From Trichlorobacter lovleyi SZ (GTDB lineage: Bacteria; Desulfobacterota; Desulfuromonadia; Geobacterales; Pseudopelobacteraceae): a stretch of 24,000 nucleotides of DNA. Of this stretch, positions 1-7,297 are shown one piece after another. Position numbers and translations under genes: made by a program. Within the stretch, counting starts at the first letter, position 1. Each line of letters opens with the position of its first letter. The stretch is from NCBI RefSeq assembly GCF_000020385.1, contig NC_010814.1, positions 3,748,553 to 3,772,552 on the forward strand, in the 5' to 3' direction. The notes under the pieces were generated by a model. It was not told where the DNA came from, did no database searches, and worked only from the letters and a program-made list of their open reading frames with translations.

Positions 1-60
1 TGGTTTCTTGTCCCGGTGGTAAGCCTGGCGGATTTTACGGATGGATTCCACTAGCAGCAT
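1..60 (-). CDS. Truncated 5' end of a transposase-like gene that continues beyond the left edge; N-terminus resembles IS21-family IstA
   Basis: Minus-strand reading from 60 gives MLLVESIRKIRQAYHRDKKP, open to the window edge. An in-frame TGA 9 nt upstream bounds the start. AAAGGAG abuts ATG(60) and lies 9 nt before an in-frame GTG(51), so either could be the start. It is not in the ORF track because the window cuts it. The family call is from memory of IstA N-terminal HTH regions plus the terminal repeats at 118-179. Confidence 0.4.
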   Translation of the reverse strand, partial: MLLVESIRKIRQAYHRDKKP

Positions 61-117
61 CTCCTTTCAAAGCTCCTCTCTCTGGATGATGCCAAAGAGA
101 ATGGAGGAGGTGCTGAG

Positions 118-179
118 GTGGGTCAATTTTGGACGCCGATTACACCCGAAAGTGGGTCAATATTGCATGCCGATTCACA
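118..179. repeat. Two tandem imperfect direct repeats (candidate transposase-binding terminal repeats)
   Basis: 118-144 is GTGGGTCAATTTTGGACGCCGATTACA and 152-179 is GTGGGTCAATATTGCATGCCGATTCACA. They share GTGGGTCAAT...GCCGATT(C)ACA and are separated by 7 nt. Confidence 0.6.
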
Positions 180-182
180 TGC

Positions 183-211
183 GAGGCGCTGCAAAGCGCC
201 TCTGCTATTTT
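183..211 (+). terminator. GC-rich hairpin with a T-rich tail directly abutting the IS terminus
   Basis: GAGGCGC (183-189), a 6-nt loop, GCGCCTC (196-202), then TGCTATTTTC. No plus-strand gene precedes it in the window, so its function is unclear. Confidence 0.3.
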
Positions 212-626
212 CAGGCCTCCAAAACCACTGATTGCGAATCAGCACCCCAAAACTGGCACTCTTTTCCGCTGCCGGGGAGCCACGTCACATCATAGGCCAA
301 TACGGAAAACAGTCAGTTATTTCCTATCCTTCCATTTCTCCGCACTCAGAAAAAGTTGATTCGTAACCAAACCTCGGGGTCTTGTCAGCCCGCATGGAAG
401 AACCCCCAGGAAGGACCCGCACTATATATGGGGGTGCCAAATCAGCAGAACCCAACATATGGAAGCGCATCAAAAAAACAGATCAAGCCGGTTCGCTGCG
501 CAGGTTGTGTGGTTAGTATTCATTCTGGATAGGAGTAGCAGGGGTGTGCTGTGCCTGCCATGTGGCTACGTGAGGCAAACTTAAGGCGCGGGATGCCCTG
601 ATCATCTGGGGCGCGGGGGGAAGTGC

Positions 627-652
627 GAATAAAAGCCCCTCGGGTGGGGGGC
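627..652 (-). terminator. Rho-independent terminator of the TAC operon
   Basis: On the minus strand, after the SecB-like stop at 669, the sequence reads GCCCC-CCACCCGA-GGGGC followed by TTTTATT. Confidence 0.6.
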
Positions 653-668
653 AAGGAAGAGTTACTTA

Positions 669-1100
669 TTATTTTCCGGAATGGTTTTGTTTGTAGATAT
701 CATAAAAATTGACTGGTGGTAACAATAGAGGCGTAAACCCACCCCGCCTGGTTAGATCAGCAACCACTTCACGCAGGAATGGAAAAAGAATTGAAGCGCA
801 GTTGATCTCTGCAACATGATCAATCTGATCTTTCTCACTGAGTGCAGTTTTGAAGGTAAAGATTCCGCCCATTGACACGTCAAGGCTAAACGGAGAGTTA
901 TCCCCTGATACATTTACCGTGAGAGCAAGATTGATTGAGCTGTTTGATTCCTGCCAGGCGTGTTTAATCGTGATCCTGGTATCAATAGATATTTCTTCTT
1001 GTGAATCAACTCGCTGGTTTGCAGTAAAGTTGGCCGACAGCACGCGATAATCTGTCAGACTGAACTGATACATCTCTGGCGTTTGTTTAACCTTGGGCAT
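669..1100 (-). CDS. SecB-like chaperone (third gene of the toxin-antitoxin-chaperone module)
   Basis: FSLDVSMGGIFTFK...INCASILFPFLREVVADLTRRGGFTPLLLPPVNFYDIY aligns block for block with E. coli SecB FLCEVQQGGIFSIA...[37 protein letters not shown]. I place the start at ATG 1100 (MPKVKQ...) because the track start 1184 is a TTG. The product is 143 aa, typical SecB size. It overlaps the antitoxin 3' end by 14 nt. Confidence 0.8.
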   Translation of the reverse strand: MPKVKQTPEMYQFSLTDYRVLSANFTANQRVDSQEEISIDTRITIKHAWQESNSSINLALTVNVSGDNSPFSLDVSMGGIFTFKTALSEKDQIDHVAEINCASILFPFLREVVADLTRRGGFTPLLLPPVNFYDIYKQNHSGK

Positions 1101-1434
1101 GACGATATACCTGTTGATCACGGACTGCTCGATAAGCGATGCTAACAACTTTTGAAACAGCCTCAGAGACAGGCTCCACTGCAAGAGTTGGGGTAAACTT
1201 CAATCCTACAGCCCTTGAAAGCATGACCATGCTCTCAATCGTAAGGTTGGCATCCCCAGACATGACTTTAGTGATATAAGCGGGGCTTTTACCGATACGC
1301 CGTGCCAAATCCGACTTAGAAACACCCTTCTCGGTCATAGCCTTGTTAAGTGAAGTAACGAATTCAAGCTTGGCCATTTCAGCCCAAAATTCATTACTCT
1401 GCATATCTTGCTTTATCAGTTTAACAACTGACAT
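1087..1434 (-). CDS. XRE/HigA-like HTH antitoxin with a C-terminal tail
   Basis: The motif GVSKSDLARRIGKSPAYITKVMSGDANLTIESMVMLSRAVG is a classic Cro/C1-XRE helix-turn-helix. The ATG at 1434 lies 5 nt after the toxin stop, and the toxin's last codons (GGAGGGTAA) supply the SD. About 35 aa after the HTH (TLAVEPVSEAVSKVVSIAYRAVRDQQVYRHAQG) have no obvious domain. Confidence 0.8.
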   Translation of the reverse strand: MSVVKLIKQDMQSNEFWAEMAKLEFVTSLNKAMTEKGVSKSDLARRIGKSPAYITKVMSGDANLTIESMVMLSRAVGLKFTPTLAVEPVSEAVSKVVSIAYRAVRDQQVYRHAQG

Positions 1435-1439
1435 TTTGA

Positions 1440-1853
1440 TTACCCTCCTGGAAGTTCTGTTACATTACTTCTGGCTTTTTGCAGCCGATAGTCACGCAAA
1501 GCCTCAGTTGCATGCCTAATAACTGCCAGCGGTGTCTTCTGGGTTTTCTTTACAAAGGCATGGCAGCACGCAACAATCTTGCCTTCATCGTAAAACCATA
1601 CCACTCTAATATGCCCTTTTCTGAACTGCCAAATATCAGTTGCAATTGTGTGACATATTTCAGGTGGCAAAAGTCTCGGACCATTTAACGCCACATAGGC
1701 AAATAGCCTCCTGATCGCCACGCCATCTTTTTCATAATTTGTAGGAAGGCTGGAAAGGAAATCATCAACCTGACATTCCGTTTGGCTTTCGCAGGTAGCA
1801 ACAACCTTCCAGGTGCTATTTAATTCGGTAGGTATCAGGCTTTTTATGAACAC
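1440..1853 (-). CDS. Gp49/HigB-like RelE-superfamily toxin
   Basis: IWQFRKGHIRVVWFYDEGKIVACCHAFVKKTQKTPLAVIRHATEAL matches the phage Gp49-like (DUF891)/HigB pattern ...fR.g.iRv.y....ivll..F.KKtqkTP..ei..A. The protein has no internal Met, so the start is GTG at 1853. Confidence 0.8.
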   Translation of the reverse strand: MFIKSLIPTELNSTWKVVATCESQTECQVDDFLSSLPTNYEKDGVAIRRLFAYVALNGPRLLPPEICHTIATDIWQFRKGHIRVVWFYDEGKIVACCHAFVKKTQKTPLAVIRHATEALRDYRLQKARSNVTELPGG

Positions 1854-1868
1854 TTTTAACCTATAGGT

Positions 1869-1897
1869 AAAATATCATTGTTAACTATTTTCTTCAA
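1869..1897 (-). promoter_or_regulatory. Sigma70-like promoter of the TAC operon with a palindrome in the spacer
   Basis: The minus strand reads TTGAAG, a 17-nt spacer (aaaatagttaacaatga) and TATTTT, ending about 15 nt upstream of GTG 1853. The spacer contains GTTAAC, a possible antitoxin operator. Confidence 0.45.
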
Positions 1898-1989
1898 CCG
1901 CACATATCGGTATTTTCAAGGGCGACACCACAACATATAGATGCACTTTTTTGACAAGACATGCACTAGAGCATAACTTCAATTATGGA

Positions 1990-3219
1990 TTATGCAAGCA
2001 CTTTACTTTTCTCTGGGGTCGCCAATTCGCCAGCGATCAGTTCCGTGATCCTGTCTGCAATTTTCTGCATCGGCTCACGCAACCGCTCCGTTGTGATCTG
2101 GATATACCCACCGGTGACATCATTCCCCATGCTGTGATTCAACAGCGCCTTCAGGCTGTAATGCGGCACGTCCAGGCCTTCAGCAATGGTGATGAAGGTG
2201 CGTCGCAGATCATGGAAACAGAACTGAACGCCAGATGCTGCGATTATATCCCGCTTGTAATTATCAGGATTACTCAGGAATGGTGCCGGGTGCTTGCCAG
2301 GAAAAATATATTCGTTCTCATACCCAGCCGCCCGGCGCTTCAACAGCAGCTTGTAGAGCTGCTCTGACATCGGCATGGTCACCTGATCATCTTCCGGCTT
2401 TTCACCCCGCTTCTTTTCAGGGGTAAAGGTAAAGGCCTTCCTCTTAAAATCAATATCAGACCATTTCAGTCGGGCCGCTTCATTACGCCTTAAACCGGTG
2501 TAGAGCAGCAACAGCATGTAATCCCGGCCCTTGGGGTTGTCGTAAGCATTCACCGCCTTAAACCATATTGGCAGGTCTTCAGGCTTGATAAAGGTGATGC
2601 GGCGCTTCTTCTTGGCCCAATCCCGTTCACGCACTTCCCGCACACCATCGACAGGGTTTCTGTGAATAACACCAGGGTGCAAGGCCAGCCCAAACCGGAA
2701 AAGGCTTCTAAGCAGCTTCACAGCGTTAATTGCCTGTGACTTGCCGTTGGTGATCTCCATCAGCTCCAGACGCTCCAGGACCATACTGCCGGTGATAGTG
2801 TCCGCTGGTAGTGTCAACCAGTCCTTGAAGTGATTCTCCATCCAGGCGGCATATTGCCGTATTGTTGCCGGGGCCAAGGTCTTCTTGGTAGACATATATT
2901 GACGGTGAAGGTCTGCAACGGTTATTGTCACTAACTTAGGTTGCCGGTCAGGGTGTGGATTAATGCCCTCTTTAAGCTTTTGAAGGTAGCCAGTAGCCTG
3001 TGCTCTGGCCTGTTCGCAGGTATAGAGACCAAAGGCCCCAATATGTATGAACGGCTTCTTGCTGGTGCCCCGCTGCCGAGCACGCACAAAAAAGGTCAAA
3101 GCCTCTTTTGTTGCCCTGACACCAAAACCGGCAAGCTCAGTATCAAAGTAATCAACCTGTCCAGCTGTCGGCTTGACTATCTCTTTCAGGTTGGCTTTGG
3201 TGATTTTTAGGCTTGGCAT
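1990..3219 (-). CDS. int: Tyrosine-type site-specific integrase (P4-like, with N-terminal arm-binding domain)
   Basis: N-terminus MPSLKITKANLKEI..GQVDYFDTELAGFGVRAT (DUF4102-type). Catalytic motifs are LLLYTGLRRNEA, FCFHDLRRTF and LLNHSMGNDVTGGYI (R...HxxR...Y). I chose ATG 3219, preceded by AGGGGGC, over the upstream ATG 3294 because homologues begin at MP.LK. Confidence 0.9.
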   Translation of the reverse strand: MPSLKITKANLKEIVKPTAGQVDYFDTELAGFGVRATKEALTFFVRARQRGTSKKPFIHIGAFGLYTCEQARAQATGYLQKLKEGINPHPDRQPKLVTITVADLHRQYMSTKKTLAPATIRQYAAWMENHFKDWLTLPADTITGSMVLERLELMEITNGKSQAINAVKLLRSLFRFGLALHPGVIHRNPVDGVREVRERDWAKKKRRITFIKPEDLPIWFKAVNAYDNPKGRDYMLLLLYTGLRRNEAARLKWSDIDFKRKAFTFTPEKKRGEKPEDDQVTMPMSEQLYKLLLKRRAAGYENEYIFPGKHPAPFLSNPDNYKRDIIAASGVQFCFHDLRRTFITIAEGLDVPHYSLKALLNHSMGNDVTGGYIQITTERLREPMQKIADRITELIAGELATPEKSKVLA

Positions 3220-3349
3220 AGTAGCCCCCTGTAGTGTCCAACTCAGTGACCCAAAAGTGGACACTGTGACAAAAACACAGTAACAAATGAGCATACTCTA
3301 TGCAACAGCTTTCAAGTGAATATCATATGTTAGACAACACCATCACACT

Positions 3350-6300
3350 ATGAAAATCAAACGACTTGAGATAGCCGGGTTTAAATCGTTTGCCGATAAG
3401 GTGGTACTGGATTTCCAGCAGGGGGTGACCGGCGTGGTAGGCCCCAACGGCTGCGGCAAATCCAACATTGTGGATGCGATGCGCTGGTGTATGGGGGAGC
3501 AATCCGCCAAGAACCTGCGCGGCAAGGCGATGGAAGACATCATCTTTGCAGGCAGCGACAGCAGGAAACCGTTGGGGATGGCAGAGGTTTCGCTTGTTTT
3601 TTCCACCGAAGACGGACGCGCCCCGGCCAAATATCTGGAATTTAGCGAGATACAGCTGACCCGTCGCCTCTATCGTGATGGCGAGAGTGAATACCTGATC
3701 AACAAGACCCCCTGCCGCCTGCTGGATATCTCGGAGCTGTTCATGGATACCGGGGTGGGCACCAAGGCCTATTCAATCATCGAGCAAGGCAAGATCGGCC
3801 AGATTCTGCATTCACGTCCTGAAGAACGGCGCCTGCTGATTGAAGAGGCCGCCGGCGTTACCAAATACAAGACCAGAAAACAGCTTGCCCTGAAAAAGAT
3901 CGAAGCCACCCGCCAGAACCTGCTGCGGCTGGCAGATGTACTCGGCGAGATCAAGCGACAGCTCAACAGCCTGCAGCGCCAAGCCAAAAAGGCGGAAAAA
4001 TTCCGGGAATACCGTGAAGAGCTGCGGGAGATCGACCTGCAGTTCACCCTGCACCAGGCCTCAACGCTGCAGCACGATCAGCACCAGGCCGAGCAGCAGC
4101 TGGCGGAACTGAAAAACCGGATGCAGGAGATAGTAACGGCAGCCGACACAGCAGACAATCAGGTGGAACTGCAGCGCCTGGCCATGCTGGAAGCCGAAAA
4201 GGCATTAAACATCCAACAGGAAGAACAGTTCCGGTTTCGCAGCGAAGCCGCTGCCTGTGAAAGCGACCTGAACTTCTGCCGCAAAGAGCGCGACGCCATT
4301 GCAGAACGGCTGACCAGACTGGTGGCCGAGCTTCAAACCATCTCCCTGCAGAGAGATGCACTTGCAACAGAACTGACCAACCTGCTCCAGCTGCAGCAGA
4401 CGACCGGCAGTGATCTGCTTACGGCGGAAACAGAACTGGCCGGCCTGCTTGAGGGTCATAAAGAACAGGAACAGCGCTATGAAGAGCTGAACCGGCAGCT
4501 TGATGCAAAACGCAGAGAGCTGTTCAGCGCAACCGGTGAGGCAACCCACTGCCGTACCCGTCATGAACAGGCACAGAAACGCCTGGTCATGCTGGCAGAG
4601 CGCCTTGAACGCCACACACGGGAAGAAGCCCAGCTGATTGAAAAGCAGGCCGAAAACGCAGCCAGCCACACAAAGGTTGAAGCGGAATGGCGGCACTGCA
4701 CCCTTGAGCATCAAGCGGCAACAACCGAGCTTGCTCGGCTTACCGAGCAGGAGCGGGTGCTGAAGGCGCAGCTGCCCGAGCTGGAACAGCTGGTGCAGAA
4801 CCGTCGTGATGCCTTGAGTCAAAACCGCTCCCGCCTGACATCACTACAGGAGCTTGAGGCCCAGTTTGCCGGCTACGGTCAGGGGGTACGTCTTTTAATG
4901 ACGGAATCACCGCTGCGGAGCCGCTTCGGAGGATTGCTGGCCGACAACCTGCTGGTGCCCGAGGAGTACGAGGTTGCTGTTGAGGCGGTACTGGCTGAAC
5001 GTCTGCAAACAATCCTGTGCGGATCAGAGCAGGAACTGATCAGCTCAATCCAGTATCTTCGACAGCACTCTGCAGGACGCGCCCAGCTGACCTTTCCCGC
5101 CGGCAACACACCACCCCGCACCACCAGTGAGATTATCGGTGCACCAGACCTCCTCTCGCTGGTGGAGGTCAATGACAATGCCAGGCTGCCGGTACAGCGG
5201 ATGCTTGCCCAGGTGCTCCTGGCGAACAGTCTTGAAGAGGCCCTGGCCTATTCCCGCCGCTATCCGGAACAGACCTTTGTCACCAGAGAGGGTGATGTTG
5301 TTGCACCCGACGGCACTGTCAGCGGCGGTTCAGTCGAGACCGCCCAGAATGGTATCATCCATAAAAAACGTGAAATCAGGTCGCTCGAGCTGCCGGTGGA
5401 AAACCTGCTGGCCGAACTGGAATCCTGCGAGTCCGAGCGGGACCGGGTACGCGCCGATCTGCAGGGTGCGGCTCAAGAACTGCTGCAGGCACGCAGCAAC
5501 CTGCATCAGCTCGATCTGACCCTGACAGGGCTGGTCAAGGACCGGCAGCAACTTGAGGCTCAGTCGGCCCAGCTTGCTGAACGACTCAAGCTGTTAGTGC
5601 TTGAACGTTCCACGCTTGACGAAGAGCAGTGCCTACTGCAGGAAGAACAGAAAAGCGCCGCGATCGGCCAGGAGGCTGCAGAACTTCAGGCCAGACAACT
5701 TGAGCAGGAATCCCGCGGCATTACTGCCGAGATCGAGGGGCAGCGCCTGATCCTGGCTACGGCACGCGAGACCCTGACCACACAACGGGTCACCGTTGCC
5801 ACCCTCCGGGAGCAGGGCGAGGCCCATCAGCGCACCAGGGCCTCCCTTACAGCCCAACTGGATGAGCATGAGCGCAGAATCAAAAACGGTGCGGACGAAC
5901 AGGAGCAATCCGAGAACAACCGCCAAGAGCTGCATAACCGGATAGAATCCGAGGAGATCCGTCTTGCAGCCCTGCTTGAACAGCAACGCCGGCAGGATGA
6001 ACTGCTGCTGCTTGTCAGAAAACAGTACGAGACAGCGGCAGCAGAGCTAACCACGGCAGAACATGATGCACGCCTGCGTCGCGACGAACGCGAGGCGATC
6101 CGCCAGCTGCATGCCGACCTGTCGCTGAAGGTCTCATCGCTCACCCTGCAGCGGGAACACCTTGAGCAGTCCCTGCAAGACCGCCACCGGATCGGCCTGT
6201 CCGAGGTGCGGGAGCGCCTGGGTGAACAGACGCTGGACCCTGTGGTTGCGCGGGTCCGCCAGACCGACCTTGAACGGCTGATCGACGAGTTGGGTGAAGT

Positions 6301-6883
6301 TAACCTGATGGCCATCGAAGAGTATGCCGGCATGGAACAGCGCTATGATTTTCTTGCCTCGCAGAAATCAGACCTTGAAGAATCGCTGCAGGATCTGCAA
6401 CAGGCGATCCACCGCATCAACCGCACCACCCGCAAACGCTTCCTTGAGGCCTTTACCCTGATCAACGAAAAGTTCCAGGAGGTCTTTCCACGTCTGTTCT
6501 GCGGCGGCCGGGCAGAGCTGAAGCTGACCGACGAGCAGGATCTGCTGGAGACCGGTATCGACATCATCGTCCAGCCTCCCGGCAAAAAGCTGGCCAATGT
6601 GATGCTGCTGTCAGGAGGCGAAAAGGCGCTGACCGCTGTTGCCTTGATCTTCTCGATCTTTTTGATCAAGCCGACGCCGTTCTGTCTGCTTGACGAGGTT
6701 GATGCCCCGCTGGACGATGCAAACATCGGGCGTTTCAACGACATGGTGCGTGAGATGAGCGCCATATCCCAATTCATCATTATCACGCACAACAAAACCA
6801 CCATGGCGGTTGCCGACACACTGTACGGCGTCACCATGGAAGAGCCGGGGGCGTCGCGACTGGTGTCTGTACGATTGCATTAG
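3350..6883 (+). CDS. smc: Chromosome segregation protein SMC
   Basis: 1177 aa. N-terminus MKIKRLEIAGFKSF with Walker A GPNGCGKSN, long coiled coils and a hinge. C-terminal signature LSGGEKALTAVALIFSIF and Walker B LLDEVDAPLD. Confidence 0.97.
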   Translation: MKIKRLEIAGFKSFADKVVLDFQQGVTGVVGPNGCGKSNIVDAMRWCMGEQSAKNLRGKAMEDIIFAGSDSRKPLGMAEVSLVFSTEDGRAPAKYLEFSEIQLTRRLYRDGESEYLINKTPCRLLDISELFMDTGVGTKAYSIIEQGKIGQILHSRPEERRLLIEEAAGVTKYKTRKQLALKKIEATRQNLLRLADVLGEIKRQLNSLQRQAKKAEKFREYREELREIDLQFTLHQASTLQHDQHQAEQQLAELKNRMQEIVTAADTADNQVELQRLAMLEAEKALNIQQEEQFRFRSEAAACESDLNFCRKERDAIAERLTRLVAELQTISLQRDALATELTNLLQLQQTTGSDLLTAETELAGLLEGHKEQEQRYEELNRQLDAKRRELFSATGEATHCRTRHEQAQKRLVMLAERLERHTREEAQLIEKQAENAASHTKVEAEWRHCTLEHQAATTELARLTEQERVLKAQLPELEQLVQNRRDALSQNRSRLTSLQELEAQFAGYGQGVRLLMTESPLRSRFGGLLADNLLVPEEYEVAVEAVLAERLQTILCGSEQELISSIQYLRQHSAGRAQLTFPAGNTPPRTTSEIIGAPDLLSLVEVNDNARLPVQRMLAQVLLANSLEEALAYSRRYPEQTFVTREGDVVAPDGTVSGGSVETAQNGIIHKKREIRSLELPVENLLAELESCESERDRVRADLQGAAQELLQARSNLHQLDLTLTGLVKDRQQLEAQSAQLAERLKLLVLERSTLDEEQCLLQEEQKSAAIGQEAAELQARQLEQESRGITAEIEGQRLILATARETLTTQRVTVATLREQGEAHQRTRASLTAQLDEHERRIKNGADEQEQSENNRQELHNRIESEEIRLAALLEQQRRQDELLLLVRKQYETAAAELTTAEHDARLRRDEREAIRQLHADLSLKVSSLTLQREHLEQSLQDRHRIGLSEVRERLGEQTLDPVVARVRQTDLERLIDELGEVNLMAIEEYAGMEQRYDFLASQKSDLEESLQDLQQAIHRINRTTRKRFLEAFTLINEKFQEVFPRLFCGGRAELKLTDEQDLLETGIDIIVQPPGKKLANVMLLSGGEKALTAVALIFSIFLIKPTPFCLLDEVDAPLDDANIGRFNDMVREMSAISQFIIITHNKTTMAVADTLYGVTMEEPGASRLVSVRLH

Positions 6884-6940
6884 ACAGGCTGTTCTGCTAT
6901 TTAATGAGGATATTTCCTGCGTATCTGCAAGGAGTTTTCC

Positions 6941-7297
6941 ATGCCGTTTCATGCCATACTGAAAGAGCTGGTGGATGCCGTCCCCGGTGCCGTGGGTGCC
7001 ATTCTGGTAGACTGGGAGGGCGAGGCGGTACAGGAATACTGCCACTGCGACTCCTACGATATACGCTTTGTCGGCGCCCACAAGGGAATTATACTGTCAC
7101 GGCTGCGTGAGACCCATGCCGAAAGCCAGGGGGGCGAGATCGAAGATGTGGTGATCACCTCGGAGCGCCAGGTCCTGCTGATCGGCACGGTAGACCCGGA
7201 TTACTCACTGGTACTGCAGACAGAGAGGACCTGTCCGGCCGGTCTGGCACGCCACCATTTCAACAATGCGTTGACACGCTTGAAGAAGGAGCTTTGA
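6941..7297 (+). CDS. Roadblock/LC7 (MglB-like) domain protein
   Basis: ILKELVDAVPGAVGAILVDWEGEAV... fits the Robl_LC7 N-terminal pattern. AAGGAG precedes ATG 6941. Its stop TGA (7295-7297) overlaps the ftsY ATG (7297-7299). Confidence 0.7.
   Translation: MPFHAILKELVDAVPGAVGAILVDWEGEAVQEYCHCDSYDIRFVGAHKGIILSRLRETHAESQGGEIEDVVITSERQVLLIGTVDPDYSLVLQTERTCPAGLARHHFNNALTRLKKEL

Larger units (their letters stand above)
1..179 (-). mobile_element. Left end of an IS21-like insertion sequence (terminus at about 179, body beyond the left edge)
   Basis: On the minus strand the outermost bases read TGTGAATCGG..., the 5'-TGT terminus typical of IS21-type ends. Two tandem copies of a 27-28 bp motif follow, then a transposase-like start about 119 nt inside the end. 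That layout matches multi-repeat IS21 ends. Confidence 0.4.

Noticed and set aside
41-359. Plus-strand track ORFs 41-295 and 129-359
   Set aside because: They read straight through the IS terminal repeats and terminus. They have no SD, and their odd repeated peptides are explained by the DNA repeats. The better-supported gene here is on the minus strand (1-60).
355-366. GGTTACGAATC on the minus strand, resembling a tRNA T-loop (GGTTCGAATCC), as a possible tRNA-derived att site
   Set aside because: The flanking bases cannot form a T-stem or acceptor stem, and no cloverleaf can be drawn.
1101-1184. Upstream extension of the SecB-like ORF to the track start at 1184
   Set aside because: It starts at a TTG deep inside the antitoxin gene. 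SecB homology and typical length begin at ATG 1100.
1951-3294. Plus-strand ORFs 1951-2367, 2235-2426 and 2941-3210, and the integrase N-terminal extension 3220-3294
   Set aside because: The plus-strand ORFs are antisense to a well-supported integrase. The extension (MLICYCVFVTVSTF...) has no homology pattern, whereas P4-type integrases begin at the MP.LK motif with an SD.
3343-7081. Many minus-strand and alternate-frame ORFs inside smc, such as 4205-4822, 5827-6333, 6343-6837 and 6611-7081
   Set aside because: These are Arg/Ser/Cys-rich, low-complexity translations typical of the antisense of GC-rich coding DNA. smc is continuous and fully motif-supported across the region.
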